DNA of 64,000 bases from Phoronis australis (lineage: Eukaryota > Animalia > Phoronida). How positions within the stretch are numbered: position 1 is the first letter of the stretch; every line of letters starts with the position of its first letter. A program made the position numbers and the translations under genes. Of the stretch, positions 12,001-23,000 are shown piece by piece. The stretch is taken from NCBI GenBank assembly GCA_002633005.1, contig NMRA01000007.1:177290-241289 (forward strand), in the 5' to 3' direction. The notes under the pieces are model-generated. The model worked only from the letters and a program-made list of their open reading frames with translations. It searched no databases and was not told the origin of the DNA.

Positions 12001-14349
12001 AGTGCAACTAGCAAAGTGCTGTAACTAAACCTATGGTTATTATTGTGATTAAACTTGTTTGACAGAGCTTGTACCAGCCTATCTAAGGGTATCAGGATGT
12101 CTAATAGAGCTCCTTGTATCACTGAGGGTATCAGGGATGTCCAATAGGGCCCTCTGTGGCTGAGTTATTAGTGTAAGATGACAAAGAGAAATGTTTAGAT
12201 GGAAAATGGTGCATATTCATCGAAGTGTTACCTTTTGCGAAAGAAACTGAGTGTACGTACTGTCACAACACAGAACATGAAGCTACAAATTACTGTGGTT
12301 AGAGATCACCAGTTTACTAGTTCATGTGTTATTTGAAAGCGGCTATAAGCCCGTGTTCCATTTAAAATGCTAACATTTGATTTAGGCCACTTACAGCGCT
12401 GTAAATTTGGCCTCCACTCATTGCTTATACTCAGATGAGAAGTGATTTTGTTCTTGCAAAGAATCGACAGTTCGTTATTGTTCAAAAACATGATAAGCAA
12501 ATAAAATGGCACGCCGTAAAAAATCGGCTTCTAGAGTTAGGTCTTGAGTAATTATGGTGAACTGTGAGTTTTTTCCAAGCTGAATAATCTTGTCAATTTT
12601 GACTAAGGAACAATTTGAGATGAATTTCATAACAGCAAGTGGTCTAAATCAAAAGTTTTTGTGATGGATGCTTTAATTTCAACGTTCACGTTTGGTTCTT
12701 CTATTTTATTAAAGGAGCTGGATTTCCATAAAAACAGAATGGCAGAAGACAGGAGGGACAAATTTGTCTCCGTCATTAACGATTTCGTCACCATCGCTTC
12801 TTATAAATTTTCTGAGATTGAAGACTTAGTTACAGAAATGAATGAAAAGGTGAGTGCCGTTGGTGGTCAGGTACTTCTGTCTGTTGTAGTTGATTGGGGC
12901 AGCTGTGTGTCAAGTCAAGAATGTTATACTCTTGTTGATTGAGTTGTGAATGCTGGATCAACGACGTTCTCTCACAACTTACATGGGTCATTGCTGCTCT
13001 GTAATAGACTATAAAGGTTTTGTGAAAACCCATGGAAGTCTAAATTTGGCTGCAGTTAGAGGTAGTCCAGGACTATGGCTTTAAATGATTTAGTCCTCTT
13101 GTCTGCTCTAGTTTCACAAGGTGCTAAAGCTGTACGGAGAAGAGCCTGGTAAAATGCAGCCCGATGAATTCTTCGGTGTTTTCGATGTCTTTTTGACCTC
13201 CTTCTGCGAAGCTAAGATAGAAAACGAGCGAATCAGGAAACAGAAAGAAGAGGAAGAGAAGCGAGCCAAGCTTGAAGCTCAGGTAAGACTTCTGCGCTTT
13301 CATGGGTACTTATTTGTCCCTAAGGTGTCTGTGTGTTGCGCCGGATATTGTACACAATCTAGAAATTCTAGTAGACAAAAACTCTATCTCTTAAAAAACG
13401 CTTTTTGCGGACAGAGGGTCAAGATAACTTATTAAGCATTGTTTCAAGCAGCTGATAATGGTCAGTGCTGTCCAAGTCCAGATCTGAGTAAGAAATAAGC
13501 TGTGGCTAGTTTTATAAAAGGTGGTGGTCTAAATCACGTTAGTTTTTTTTAAATAAGGGTGTTTGTAGCACTTCTAATGATAAAATTTAATGTAAGTTGA
13601 GCCATGAATAGCAATGATGAGACAAATTAATTAAAGTTAATTTCCTTAACAGAGGAAAGCTGAATTAGAAAAGAAGGCTAAAAATTCTCTGAAGAATGGC
13701 ACTGTTAATGGATCGAAGCAAGAAGACAGTGGTAAGCAGTGACACCTGGTGTATTATTAGTGAGAACTACCAAAACTAGAATTTGATAACAAAAGTCTTG
13801 TTTGTGCACTAAGTGCGTCATCAGAGCGATTTGTTGATGTCAGGAATGATGTCCAAATTTGGCAAACTTCGGAACATCATATCTCGGAATTGGCCAATTG
13901 GATTCATATGAGACTTTCAGATACTATGGTTTATGCACCATTCTCTAAAACTCTGTTAGGAATTGTTTTTAAATGTTCCACATTTGCATGAGGGGTTATT
14001 AAAAATAGCACTTTTATGGTTTTTTTAATAAACCCAAAAGTTGCGTGAAAGACAAACGAAATTTTTTGCAGTAAAGTAATATCATGCTATGAACACTTTA
14101 TTTTCTGCAGTAGTGTCATGCTGTGAACAATTATTAGCTTTTGTGCATTAGCATCATGTTATTAACAGTCTCATTTGCTCAGTGTTTCTTGCAGGAGAGT
14201 TTGATGATCTAATATCAGCTCTAAGAACTGGAGATGCATTCGGTGATGACATAGCCAAGATGAAAGGACGTCAAAGAAGGCGGGTCAGTGGGGCTAAGAA
14301 TGGAGACTTACATACAAGAGAGCGAATGGGGACCAAGAATGGCCGATGA
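1..14349 (+). CDS. DAAM: Disheveled-associated activator of morphogenesis (DAAM) formin, 5'-truncated by the window; FH3 end, coiled coil, FH1, FH2, DAD
   Basis: Phase-consistent GT-AG exons: 1-72, 1101-1218 (second copy 1705-1822), 2225-2372, 2826-2952, 3758-3880, 5592-5802, 7420-7586, 8696-8947, 9527-9633, 10152-10240, 10819-11033, 11605-11666, 11904-11964, 12715-12849, 13112-13282, 13653-13731, 14195-14349 (TGA). Motifs: [22 protein letters not shown], polyproline FH1, [36 protein letters not shown], and [16 protein letters not shown] followed by a basic stretch. Confidence 0.96.
977..2185 (+). repeat. Near-identical ~604-bp tandem duplication containing a DAAM exon, joined by one N (probable assembly/haplotype artefact)
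   Basis: 977-1579 and 1581-2185 differ by a few SNPs and small indels; N at 1580. Confidence 0.9.
6650..7260. repeat. Degenerate repeat with internal subrepeats (probable DNA-transposon remnant)
   Basis: Recurrent GGAAATAC..CTTT.TGTGC, GGCATTTTGCGATTC and GTATGCTT motifs; no convincing ORF. Confidence 0.4.
7760..7985 (-). mobile_element. Penelope-like retroelement 3' fragment (C-terminal part of GIY-YIG endonuclease)
   Basis: [43 protein letters not shown] follows the Penelope pattern DRE..WF.R.I.EAIWI.....MNRDEG.Y.L..VY..LL. Confidence 0.7.
8596..8635 (+). ncRNA. Minimal type I hammerhead ribozyme-like motif
   Basis: CTGATGA (8600-8606), T, stem II GTCT/AGAC with a 7-nt loop, GAAA, CGTT; stem I is weak. 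Confidence 0.45.
9958..10115. mobile_element. Non-autonomous DNA transposon (MITE), hAT-like ends
   Basis: CAGTGTTTGAG...TTCGAACGCTG imperfect terminal inverted repeats with internal GGCCC/GGGCC motifs. Confidence 0.4.
11841..11910 (+). repeat. 35-bp perfect tandem duplication of a DAAM splice acceptor
   Basis: TAATGAATGATTTGATTTCCTTTTGTAGTTTGCAG x2 (11841-11875, 11876-11910). Confidence 0.9.
12376..12655. mobile_element. MITE family with TTTGATTTAG(A/G)CCACT...AGTGGTCTAAATCAAA termini
   Basis: Inverted termini; related copies or fragments near 22266-22425, 32070-32312, 45730 and 55185-55280. Confidence 0.55.
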
Positions 14350-16665
14350 ACTGGTGTCTAAGTTATAATTTACTGTCTTGCCACTGTTGTATTTGTGGAT
14401 TAGAATTCCAAAAGTTTCTGTTCAGTAATCAAGAGAAGATGCATTAAAAGTTTCATAGTCGTGGCTTATACATCATTTAGTTTCCACGGCAATTAATTCT
14501 TGCATTTATGCCAACAGCATTGTTATCCATGACAGAAGAAATGATTTTGATACTGCAATGCCTTGGCTAAACTTTCATCAACTTTGACTAACTTCTGTCC
14601 AATCAAAAGCTATTTATCTTGTCAGTCAGTCTTATTATTACCATTTGATGTTTATTGTGTGAGCTAATCCGCTTCAGTCCAGAGGCTGAAGCTCCATAAA
14701 GTCGTATGTGGCTGAGTTGTGAATGTTGCCTACATATTGTGAATGGCTGAGCTGTAACTATTGTCAACAAATTGCAACTGGAATTTGTGATGAAGTCTCC
14801 GTAATGTCTATAAACATACATGTGTTTTTCCTCCGGCAGCGAGTTGGAGGTATGTACTGATGTTTACGGGACAAGTGTGCGACGTCTCGCTCACAATTTT
14901 ATGCCTCAGAGCGCATCTCAGTGACAAACTGGCTTTTCACAAAGGACATCTGTCAAGAGGTATCAGAACTGGAATTGTTTATTCTATATCATATCATTAT
15001 GTTGCGTCCACTGTGAATGTGTTCCGTATACCTTAAAAATGAAAAATATTCTCTCAATTTTATCATGGTTAGTGGAAACGAATGTTACAGTGGTGAATAT
15101 AGGACAGTCACAAACTACGTGGGCTTTCTCACTAATAATGTTCTTTTCTCTTGAACAAAATTCTTTTCTCCCAACCTGTATTTTCTTTGGTGTAATTCCT
15201 TTCTTATGAGCACATTTCCTTTTTACGAACCAGGCACAGTGGTCCTATTAAGTGGTGCTTATACATTGAAATCTCCAACTTAGGTTTCAAGTGAAATTTT
15301 ATCTTTTCATTTTTTCCGTGCAACGTATGTTCTACCAAATTAAACACTTTTGTGTGTTAAAGCTTTGTATTGCAACTACCGTAAGTTTGAAAAAAATTGT
15401 GAGAATTTGCAACAACATCAGAAACCCTTAAAAATGAAAAAGAAGTCATTTTTACAATTTTATTATTTTTGTCAGAAATTGATGAGATTTTACCATACTG
15501 CTCTCTGATTGGTACAGTGTAAATCAAAACTACTAGTAGATTACGACTGGGTACAAGCAGTGGTTTGTGAGAAAAGAATCCTGTTGGTGAGAACCCTCAT
15601 GTGGTGAGTGAGCAAGGAAGTCTGATGACTCACTACTCGTTTTACCTGCAAGTGTTCATTTTATTCAGAAGAGCAAGATAGGTTGTCGTTGTCTGATGTT
15701 GTCAATATTATTCAACAAATTGATATCTTGTTCACTTTTTGTGGAGAGATTAGTGTCTGCAGTGCGTATGAAGATTTTGTGTTGTAATTATTCATTGCTT
15801 CATTTTGTTGGGGAAAGTCCATAATTATCAACGTTTTTCAATACTTTGTGACCGACCTTATCCTTTTCCATAAATAATCATTTTAAAAATTTTCTCTTCC
15901 ACAGATATCTGACTGTATAGGTTTTGTTTGATTTTCAAAATGTTGACAATTTTAAATTATTCCTAACACTGATAGTCAGTAGTTCAACAGAAATCTTTTT
16001 GATTCACAAGTTTGGTAAGAAAATATCTACTTTAAAGAATTACATAGAATTACATTAGTACTTTGTTTTATCAATGGACAGCAATGTGTAAACTTTGTAA
16101 ATATCCTGTAATTTATATTGAGATTATGTTAAATGTACTCTGTCTTCTGTCCGCTATTTATATTAATTTTGTTTTATTTACGTTTTACTTTTCGAATATT
16201 TTGTGCATTATTTCATTATTATTTACTGATCGACTTGATTTTGTCTCAGAGTGCTGTTTTAAATTAATGATGAAATTTAATAAGTGAATTAACTTGGAGA
16301 TTTTTTTCAAAGTGATACAAAAATCTAGAACAGGTAACTTAATAGATTGAAACAAAACTCTTGATTAGGTTCCATGCTTGGCCCAATAAAATTACTCCAC
16401 AGAAGAGTTTCAGATTTGAAAATCTTTTGCCCAAGACCCCCACTGGACTGAAAAATGAATGAGTTTCAAGTAAAATGTGGTGTCAGGCATCGCCTGACAA
16501 AATGCATGGTTTATAGATGTATGACTTTTGCAGTGTTTCTAAAAACAGTAACAAGGTTTAAAAAGATACCGAATATTACTCTGGCTAGTGTTTGTATGGA
16601 TTAAGTATAGTAAAAGCCTACATTTTGTATACAAACATGAAAACCAGGGATAAAACTTATGGTTA

Positions 16666-16978
16666 CGGTAACAATGCTCCAGTTTGGGACAGTGTCCAAA
16701 TTTTGGGACACAGAAATCCAAGCTAAAATTGATTTTTTTCTGATTAGTAAATTTGGAACATGGATTTTTGCATGAATATCGCACAAATTGTGATCCGGTC
16801 TGAAAATAAAATTGAAAGTTAGTAAATGCTGATCATTTACATGTCAGTAAAAGCTGTTGCCCTAGTGCCCTTCAATTTGGGATGACAAATATTGCCAATT
16901 TCTCAAATTTGGGACAAACTGCGACCATTAGCGAAATATATATTTTTTCCACTGGCCCAAAATGGAGAATTTTTACCG
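16666..16978. mobile_element. Tc1/mariner-pogo-type MITE with TA target duplication
   Basis: TA|CGGTAACAATGCTCCAGTTTGGGACAGTG ... CACTGGCCCAAAATGGAGAATTTTTACCG|TA, ~29-bp imperfect TIRs. Confidence 0.75.
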
Positions 16979-18987
16979 TAGAACTTGAGAGCACGCGGAA
17001 ATGCTTCAACAATATTGTGAATGTTAAGATCATGGGTTTATTGCGAATTTTGTGCCTGTGATGAAATTTTACTTGTTTCGAAACCCTTTTCTGTCAAAAT
17101 TTTCAGAAAACTCAAAGAACATAACATTTTTGGAGACACTCATGGGGAATCAATGTCGTCGCCCAAAAACCTACAATAGGACACATATTGTGCCCTATGT
17201 GTTGTGATTAATGTTGTTCGATTTGTATTTTTTACAGTTACTTTTCACTCGTTTACTTTCATTTTCAGGTTTGAACTAATTAATTTTCTTGTAAACAGTA
17301 TTCAGCTATGCCATCAGTTTGTACTTATGTTGTGCAATGCAAATTAAACATGTTACTGTATCAGTTTTATAAGAAATACACTTCACTTAACATACACACT
17401 TTGTTTCATTTCTACAGTTGTCATTTTTAAGTGGAAAACTTTAAAATGGTGGAATTTCAGTAAATCCTAATATTATCAAGACAATCTCCATTCTGAAATT
17501 TCTTCATTAATCAGTCAAACCTGAAAATCTCAAAAACAAAGGTGGACATTGGTCCTCTCGACAATTTTTCCATTGTTTCAACGCATTAGCTATCACCAGT
17601 GTTTCTCTAATGTGGGATGGACTTTGGAATTGTAACTGTGGAAATCACAAAAGGAATACTGATGCGTGCACTTGCCATTGCACCTGGTGTTTGGAAATGT
17701 TTAGTCTACTGTTAAAAGAACATGGAAAAGTAGTGCAACTTACCTGCACGTGTCAAATAATGTGATGTAGCCATGCAAGGGTGTTCCCACATAAATGGGA
17801 TACCCATTTTATCCAAAATGTAAATAAATCGCCATATAAAGTTTCAAGATAAGATTATTCTCGAAAGCACCATTATATTGTCTTGTTTAGTTTTGTGAAT
17901 TTCCAACAGGTGGAGAAAGCATACAATGTCAAAAACGACTTCATTTCTAAATTAAGACCAAAAATCTATTTTGTTTTCAGAAAATGGTCTTTCCTGAATT
18001 TTCGTCTTCCATTGTAACATTGCTTGAATTTCGGTCATAAGTTGGACAGATTTTGGTCTTAAGTCACCTTTTCATGAAACAGGCCCTTGGATCATTTAGA
18101 AACATTTGGAATATTGTTCCACATTTTTGCAATGCTTCATTTGTGGAACAATCAGGTGCGCAACAACACACTATCGCACTTATTGGCTAACACAATCATA
18201 TGACATTAGTATGGGTCACGGACCAACTTTATGTTTTATTGACAACAGCGCTCTCTGTCAGATGGCTGATGGAAGCATAGAAGCCATCTTGACAGACACA
18301 CTGATTATTTCTAAACAAAAAATGAAACCCAAAATAGAGATAGAGCGCCCCTTTAAGAACTGACAGTGTGGCTGCAGTTGCTATGTACACAAAAACATGA
18401 AGTGGGCATCAATAATAATTTCATTGTACAACCAAAGGTAGCTAATATATAATGACGGTATTCTCATACATTGAAGTGTATACACGACTACTGAGTTATC
18501 AATACCTGACAAAAATCAAAAATATTAAGACAGAGACAACGGCAGTTTTGAGTTTTGTACAGACTTGGTTTAACAGGACAATCTGCATTTTTGTAAAAAA
18601 ATACAATGCATAAACAAAAAATAATTCTACTGAAAAATGCTACACAAAAATGGTCATGAAAGTTAATGGCACTTTAAAAAGGCACTTCATGCTTAAAATT
18701 GGAGCTAAATTTGCACATTTTAGAACACAAAACTACACCATAGATTACAATACGACAATATTCACTAAAACAAAAAATGTTTCTTTGCATAGCAAGCACC
18801 ACCAAGTGAACAATGTATGAACTAATTATTTGTAACAAATAAACGTGGTAAACAGCAAGTGGTATTTCAAAGAAATAAAATAAGAGTGGTCACAAAAAAC
18901 ACATCAATAATTTTGGCAAAAGTTAAAAATAGAAAATTTAAATCAGCTGTTTGATGCCTACAACACTGTAAGAGCAAAACCTGAGTA

Positions 18988-19140
18988 CAGTCAAACCTCG
19001 TAACAACTTACATCAAGGGATATTCAAAATTTGTATGACATGTCGGTAGTTTCTTGATCGACATATACGTAAGATAAGCACTGGATAGTTCTATTGCTGT
19101 TTATGTTCTAAACACCGTATGTTGTCAAGAGGTTCGACTG
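18988..19140. mobile_element. Tigger/pogo-type MITE with TA target duplication
   Basis: TA|CAGTCAAACCTC ... GAGGTTCGACTG|TA. Confidence 0.75.
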
Positions 19141-19646
19141 TATATATAATGGCACTAAGTAACTTTTAATACTCACAAAATGCATGGCCTTGGATATAAT
19201 GAATAATGCACCCATCACATATACTTTTTAGTGGTCAAGTTTTGTTAAACACAATGTTCCATTTGTTTTTGATGGCCTCCATAGATACACGCTATGATTG
19301 GCGGCAAGCTGATCTCGCGTCAAAGATGACCCAGGCTCATGGCAGTGAGGAAAGCATAAAAAAACAAGAATTCATCTTCACATAACGAAAAACGTGCAAT
19401 TGTCCAGTACTCTGTCTCTCATAAAAAATTGTCACGGAAGCACTACAAAGGGGTGATCATAACAAAAACAACACGAGATCAGCCTGACAACTGACTTTTG
19501 AAATAGCCGAGCTAGTATTGAAATTCACCAGCAATCAGGTCTTTGGTGGACAGGCATTCAGCGCCACCTACAGATCCCAAGGAATGCAAATGGAAGGTTT
19601 CAACCTATTGGTATAAACTGTGTTTTACACCTTCCCTGCTGTTATA

Positions 19647-19856
19647 ATGCTGGCAAGTTTCCACAGTTGTGCAGTGGGATGTACTAATGCCTTACAAAAA
19701 GGCAAACCTTTTGCAATACAAGGACACCATATTCCACACAAATCTCACCACAAAAAAGTACCTTGCTACCAAAATCAGTGGCTGCAGCTAATAAAGCGTG
19801 AGGATTTCGATACCAATCGGTGTCAAAAAGCTAAAATAAATGTGAGTGAACTTTAA
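19647..19856 (+). mobile_element. Degenerate THAP zinc-finger domain (DNA-transposon remnant)
   Basis: MLASFHSCAVGCTN...HHIP...QWLQLIKREDF...KI(N)VSEL matches the THAP pattern, with the last C/H ligands lost. Confidence 0.6.
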
Positions 19857-20089
19857 GTAATCAAGCAATAGGAAGTGGAATTTACTCCTCTGCAGCTTTT
19901 AAATTAATGAACCACTATGTAGTAATTGAATATCAGATCACCAATATGAAAAGTCCTCTATTGGAGTATATATCTATTAAGGCCATTAAAAAACAAATAG
20001 AACGCCATACCTACAAAATACTCGGATTAACGAGGACAGATCTTGAGTAAATAATAGGTAACAAAGAATTCAATTTGTAACATTCAACA

Positions 20090-23000
20090 TTAATGACACA
20101 CTTTTTCAATGGCATCCACAATTGCATCTGTTGAATGACCCTTCTCACAGAGGTTAACGAATGTGTATAAGAATCTCAGAGCATAGTCATTCTGAAAACA
20201 AAACAAGAACAAGAATCAAAACCATGTCAAAACTAAGAAATAACACTTTCATTTGAAGAACTCCATAATCTCTTGGTAAAATTCCAAAAGTAATTTATGT
20301 GTAAGCATTAACTGGTTTGAAGAATGTTATATCAAAACAGTGTACTTCTGTGACTCATGACAAGATCTCCCAGTCAAATTTCACAGGTATTCTTGGGAGT
20401 AGTAAGCTTACTCAGATATGCCCCCTCTTGCGCAGTTAAGTAATTCCATTGTGTTACCCAGGCAGGTTACACAAAACAGGTTGGAACATGTCAAAAAGGG
20501 AACAACAGTTGCACTGCACATTTTTCTTTTCTTCTGTAGTAGTTAACAAATTTTTGCCATTCCAACAATGAAAAAGTTATAATTTTCAGTGACCGATTCT
20601 GTTTTTATAGTCCATAGTGTCTAAAATGGTTGGGAAGGAATGTTGCCAAGGACACAGTGGTTTTCAGTGACACACATTTGTGTTGCATTAACTCAAACAA
20701 AAGAACTTGCAAGCCATGAAAATCTAGGAGCTGAGTAAGTGGCTATTGTAATTCCAACCAGTAAGAAGCATTGAATTTCATAGTTGCCGATTCGAAAATT
20801 TGAGGTAGCACCTAATGTGACATCATTTCTAGGCAGCTAATTCAAGTGGACACTGTGACTGCAGGTGGCAGTCCAGTTTCTGTAATTGACTGTTAGATGA
20901 TGATGATGATAAACATAATGAACAATCGTGTTTGTTCATAATTTGTTTGAGCAAATTCTAGAATGGACCAAACCCTTTGTATGTGAATAATTTCAGACCC
21001 TAGCTTTATGCACACAGAAGGCACTGTGATATTTAGCTGAAAGATCTGGGAGGCTTCTAAGAAGAAAAACGTGTGGCTTTCAGCTGAAACTCAAAACTAC
21101 GGCAAACTAATTAAGTGCCTGCTTACTAGACAGAACATTAAAAATGCAACACGCAGGGACATCCAAGGCACAACAGTCAAACTGCTGTGAGAGGAATGAA
21201 TGCCCTTTTGATTTAATGGAGTTACTTAAGTCATCACTCACCTTAGCAATATTCATACAGTGATCATGGAAGTGTCGCATTGCAGGCTCATAACAGTCGT
21301 GATTGGTCAATTCTATCGCCTGGCCCAGGACATTTTCAACATCTTTATGCCTGTGATTTACCACAGCAGCGACGATCTTCTTGAACAACTGAGCAATTTC
21401 TTGACGTCGATCAAGAATTTCCTTCAACTCTTGATTAATTTTTTCCTCCTCATCTGTTGATTTAGCCTTCGCCAGAAGATGGCGCAAGATGGCCAAAGGA
21501 ACATCTGGGCCAGGAACAGCGTCCAGCTAAAATATGGGATGACACAATGAACACACCATTAAGAGCACACAAGTTTGCCTCCTTTTCAAAAAAGAATTTG
21601 ACTGCCATGCCATGCTCACTTCACTGGGCAATAGTTGTATAAGGAATTTCCACTAACAGTCCTCCAAATGTACACCCATGGGTCTTTGTTTGAAAACTTA
21701 TTCGAATATAGGACCATAGGCCTACCTTTGGAGATGCAACTAAAATTTCCCAGGAATTTTATAAGGTTTTCCAAACTGAACATTTTCAACAAGTGTCAGT
21801 CAAAATCAAAACTTCATTCGTATTAAATATAAGTCAGTTTTTCAAGACGCCCATTTTCTAGTAATTTTTAGAAATATTTTTGCAATCATGACCCATTTTA
21901 TAATAAATTTTCTCACAACCTCTGTTTCTGAAACTATTGAGTACCAGAAAGCTAAAACATGCCGCGGATAATTTTTATATAGCTCCAGGAACTTACTATT
22001 AGAAATTCTTGGTGATGCAATGAACAAAATCAGACAAATGCTTGGCACACTTGTTTATCACCAGCTACAGTGATTGGCTGCATTCTGACTTCCACCAAGT
22101 ACTCTTGCCAAATGAGATGAATGGTTGCTTCAAAAAAGAATGTCTAATTCTATAAAAAAAGGGTCCCAGGACAACGTGTCTTTTTTTTCTCAACAATTCT
22201 ATGATAACTGCGTCACTGTTTTGATAAAGGCGGCATTAAGCCCATGGTTTCTGTTAAAAACCAATTGATTCAGGCCACTTACCATTAGGGATATTATTCA
22301 AATTGTTCCTTAGTCAAACTAGAAATAATCTTAGGGTTTTGAAAGAACTGGTGCTTTGTTACCGGTTGAGACAAAGCTCATAAAATTTCAGGTCACACCA
22401 TGACAGAAAGTGGTCTAAATCAAAGTTTATTTTTAGACAGGTTTAGTGCTCCAGAAAATGCAGTAAGGGACAGGTCTTCTGACTTAATTTCGGAACAATT
22501 CTCTGAACACCTTTGACCAAGATAAGTCAAGACTGTAGCATTAATCTTATGTCACCATACTGTTTTAGTATTGCCAGAATTGCTGGTGTCCAGAAGTCAG
22601 GATTTCTACAGGGCCTGGAAATCTTTTTGTTTTTTAAGTAACATGCAGGTTGTAAAACATGGGTGTCTTCACACACACAATAGGTCAAGGTCAGTGACAG
22701 CAGTTTTTTGTGAACCCCGTTCTTCATAATACAGTTGAACTGTGCTACTAAACACAGCTTAACAAATGGTTGGTTTATGGTCATAGCTGAGAAGAAAGCT
22801 GTTTTATTGCTCCCCATGGATTCTGATTGGTTGAGCCCAGAATTTAAGATTCTTAATCTTAACTGCATATTACTGCAATGAAACATTACCGGCACATCAG
22901 GATAGGTGATCTTAGGTACGTCTGAGGGATTTATCAATTTCATATTTCCTTGAAATTCAGCCACTTTCTCTTTCGATATGGTCTGAAAAGAAGGAAAAGT

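Larger units (their letters stand above)
4327..13483 (-). pseudogene. Nested antisense multi-exon gene or pseudogene of unknown product inside DAAM introns
   Basis: Minus-strand AG/GT-bounded segments: 13429-13483 (weak donor), 12983-12998, 12232-12282, 10332-10386, 8349-8400, 6541-6578, 6175-6205, then 4965 downward. They read [58 protein letters not shown] / [79 protein letters not shown]...[28 protein letters not shown]. There is one phase mismatch and an in-frame TAA at 4848-4846. Confidence 0.6.

Noticed and set aside
4213-12282. Multi-selenocysteine protein: one splice path through the nested exons gives about 200 codons with only TGA stops, including a UxxU-like Y*TT*E at 6556-6545
   Set aside because: In the middle exons the TGAs arise from CTG-A, ATG-A and GTG-A of the neighbouring, more protein-like stop-free frame, the usual off-frame pattern. 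The only SECIS candidate (minus, about 4191-4145) has CUGA instead of AUGA and a poorly paired upper helix. Cys aligned to these TGAs in homologues plus a SECISearch3 hit would revive the idea.
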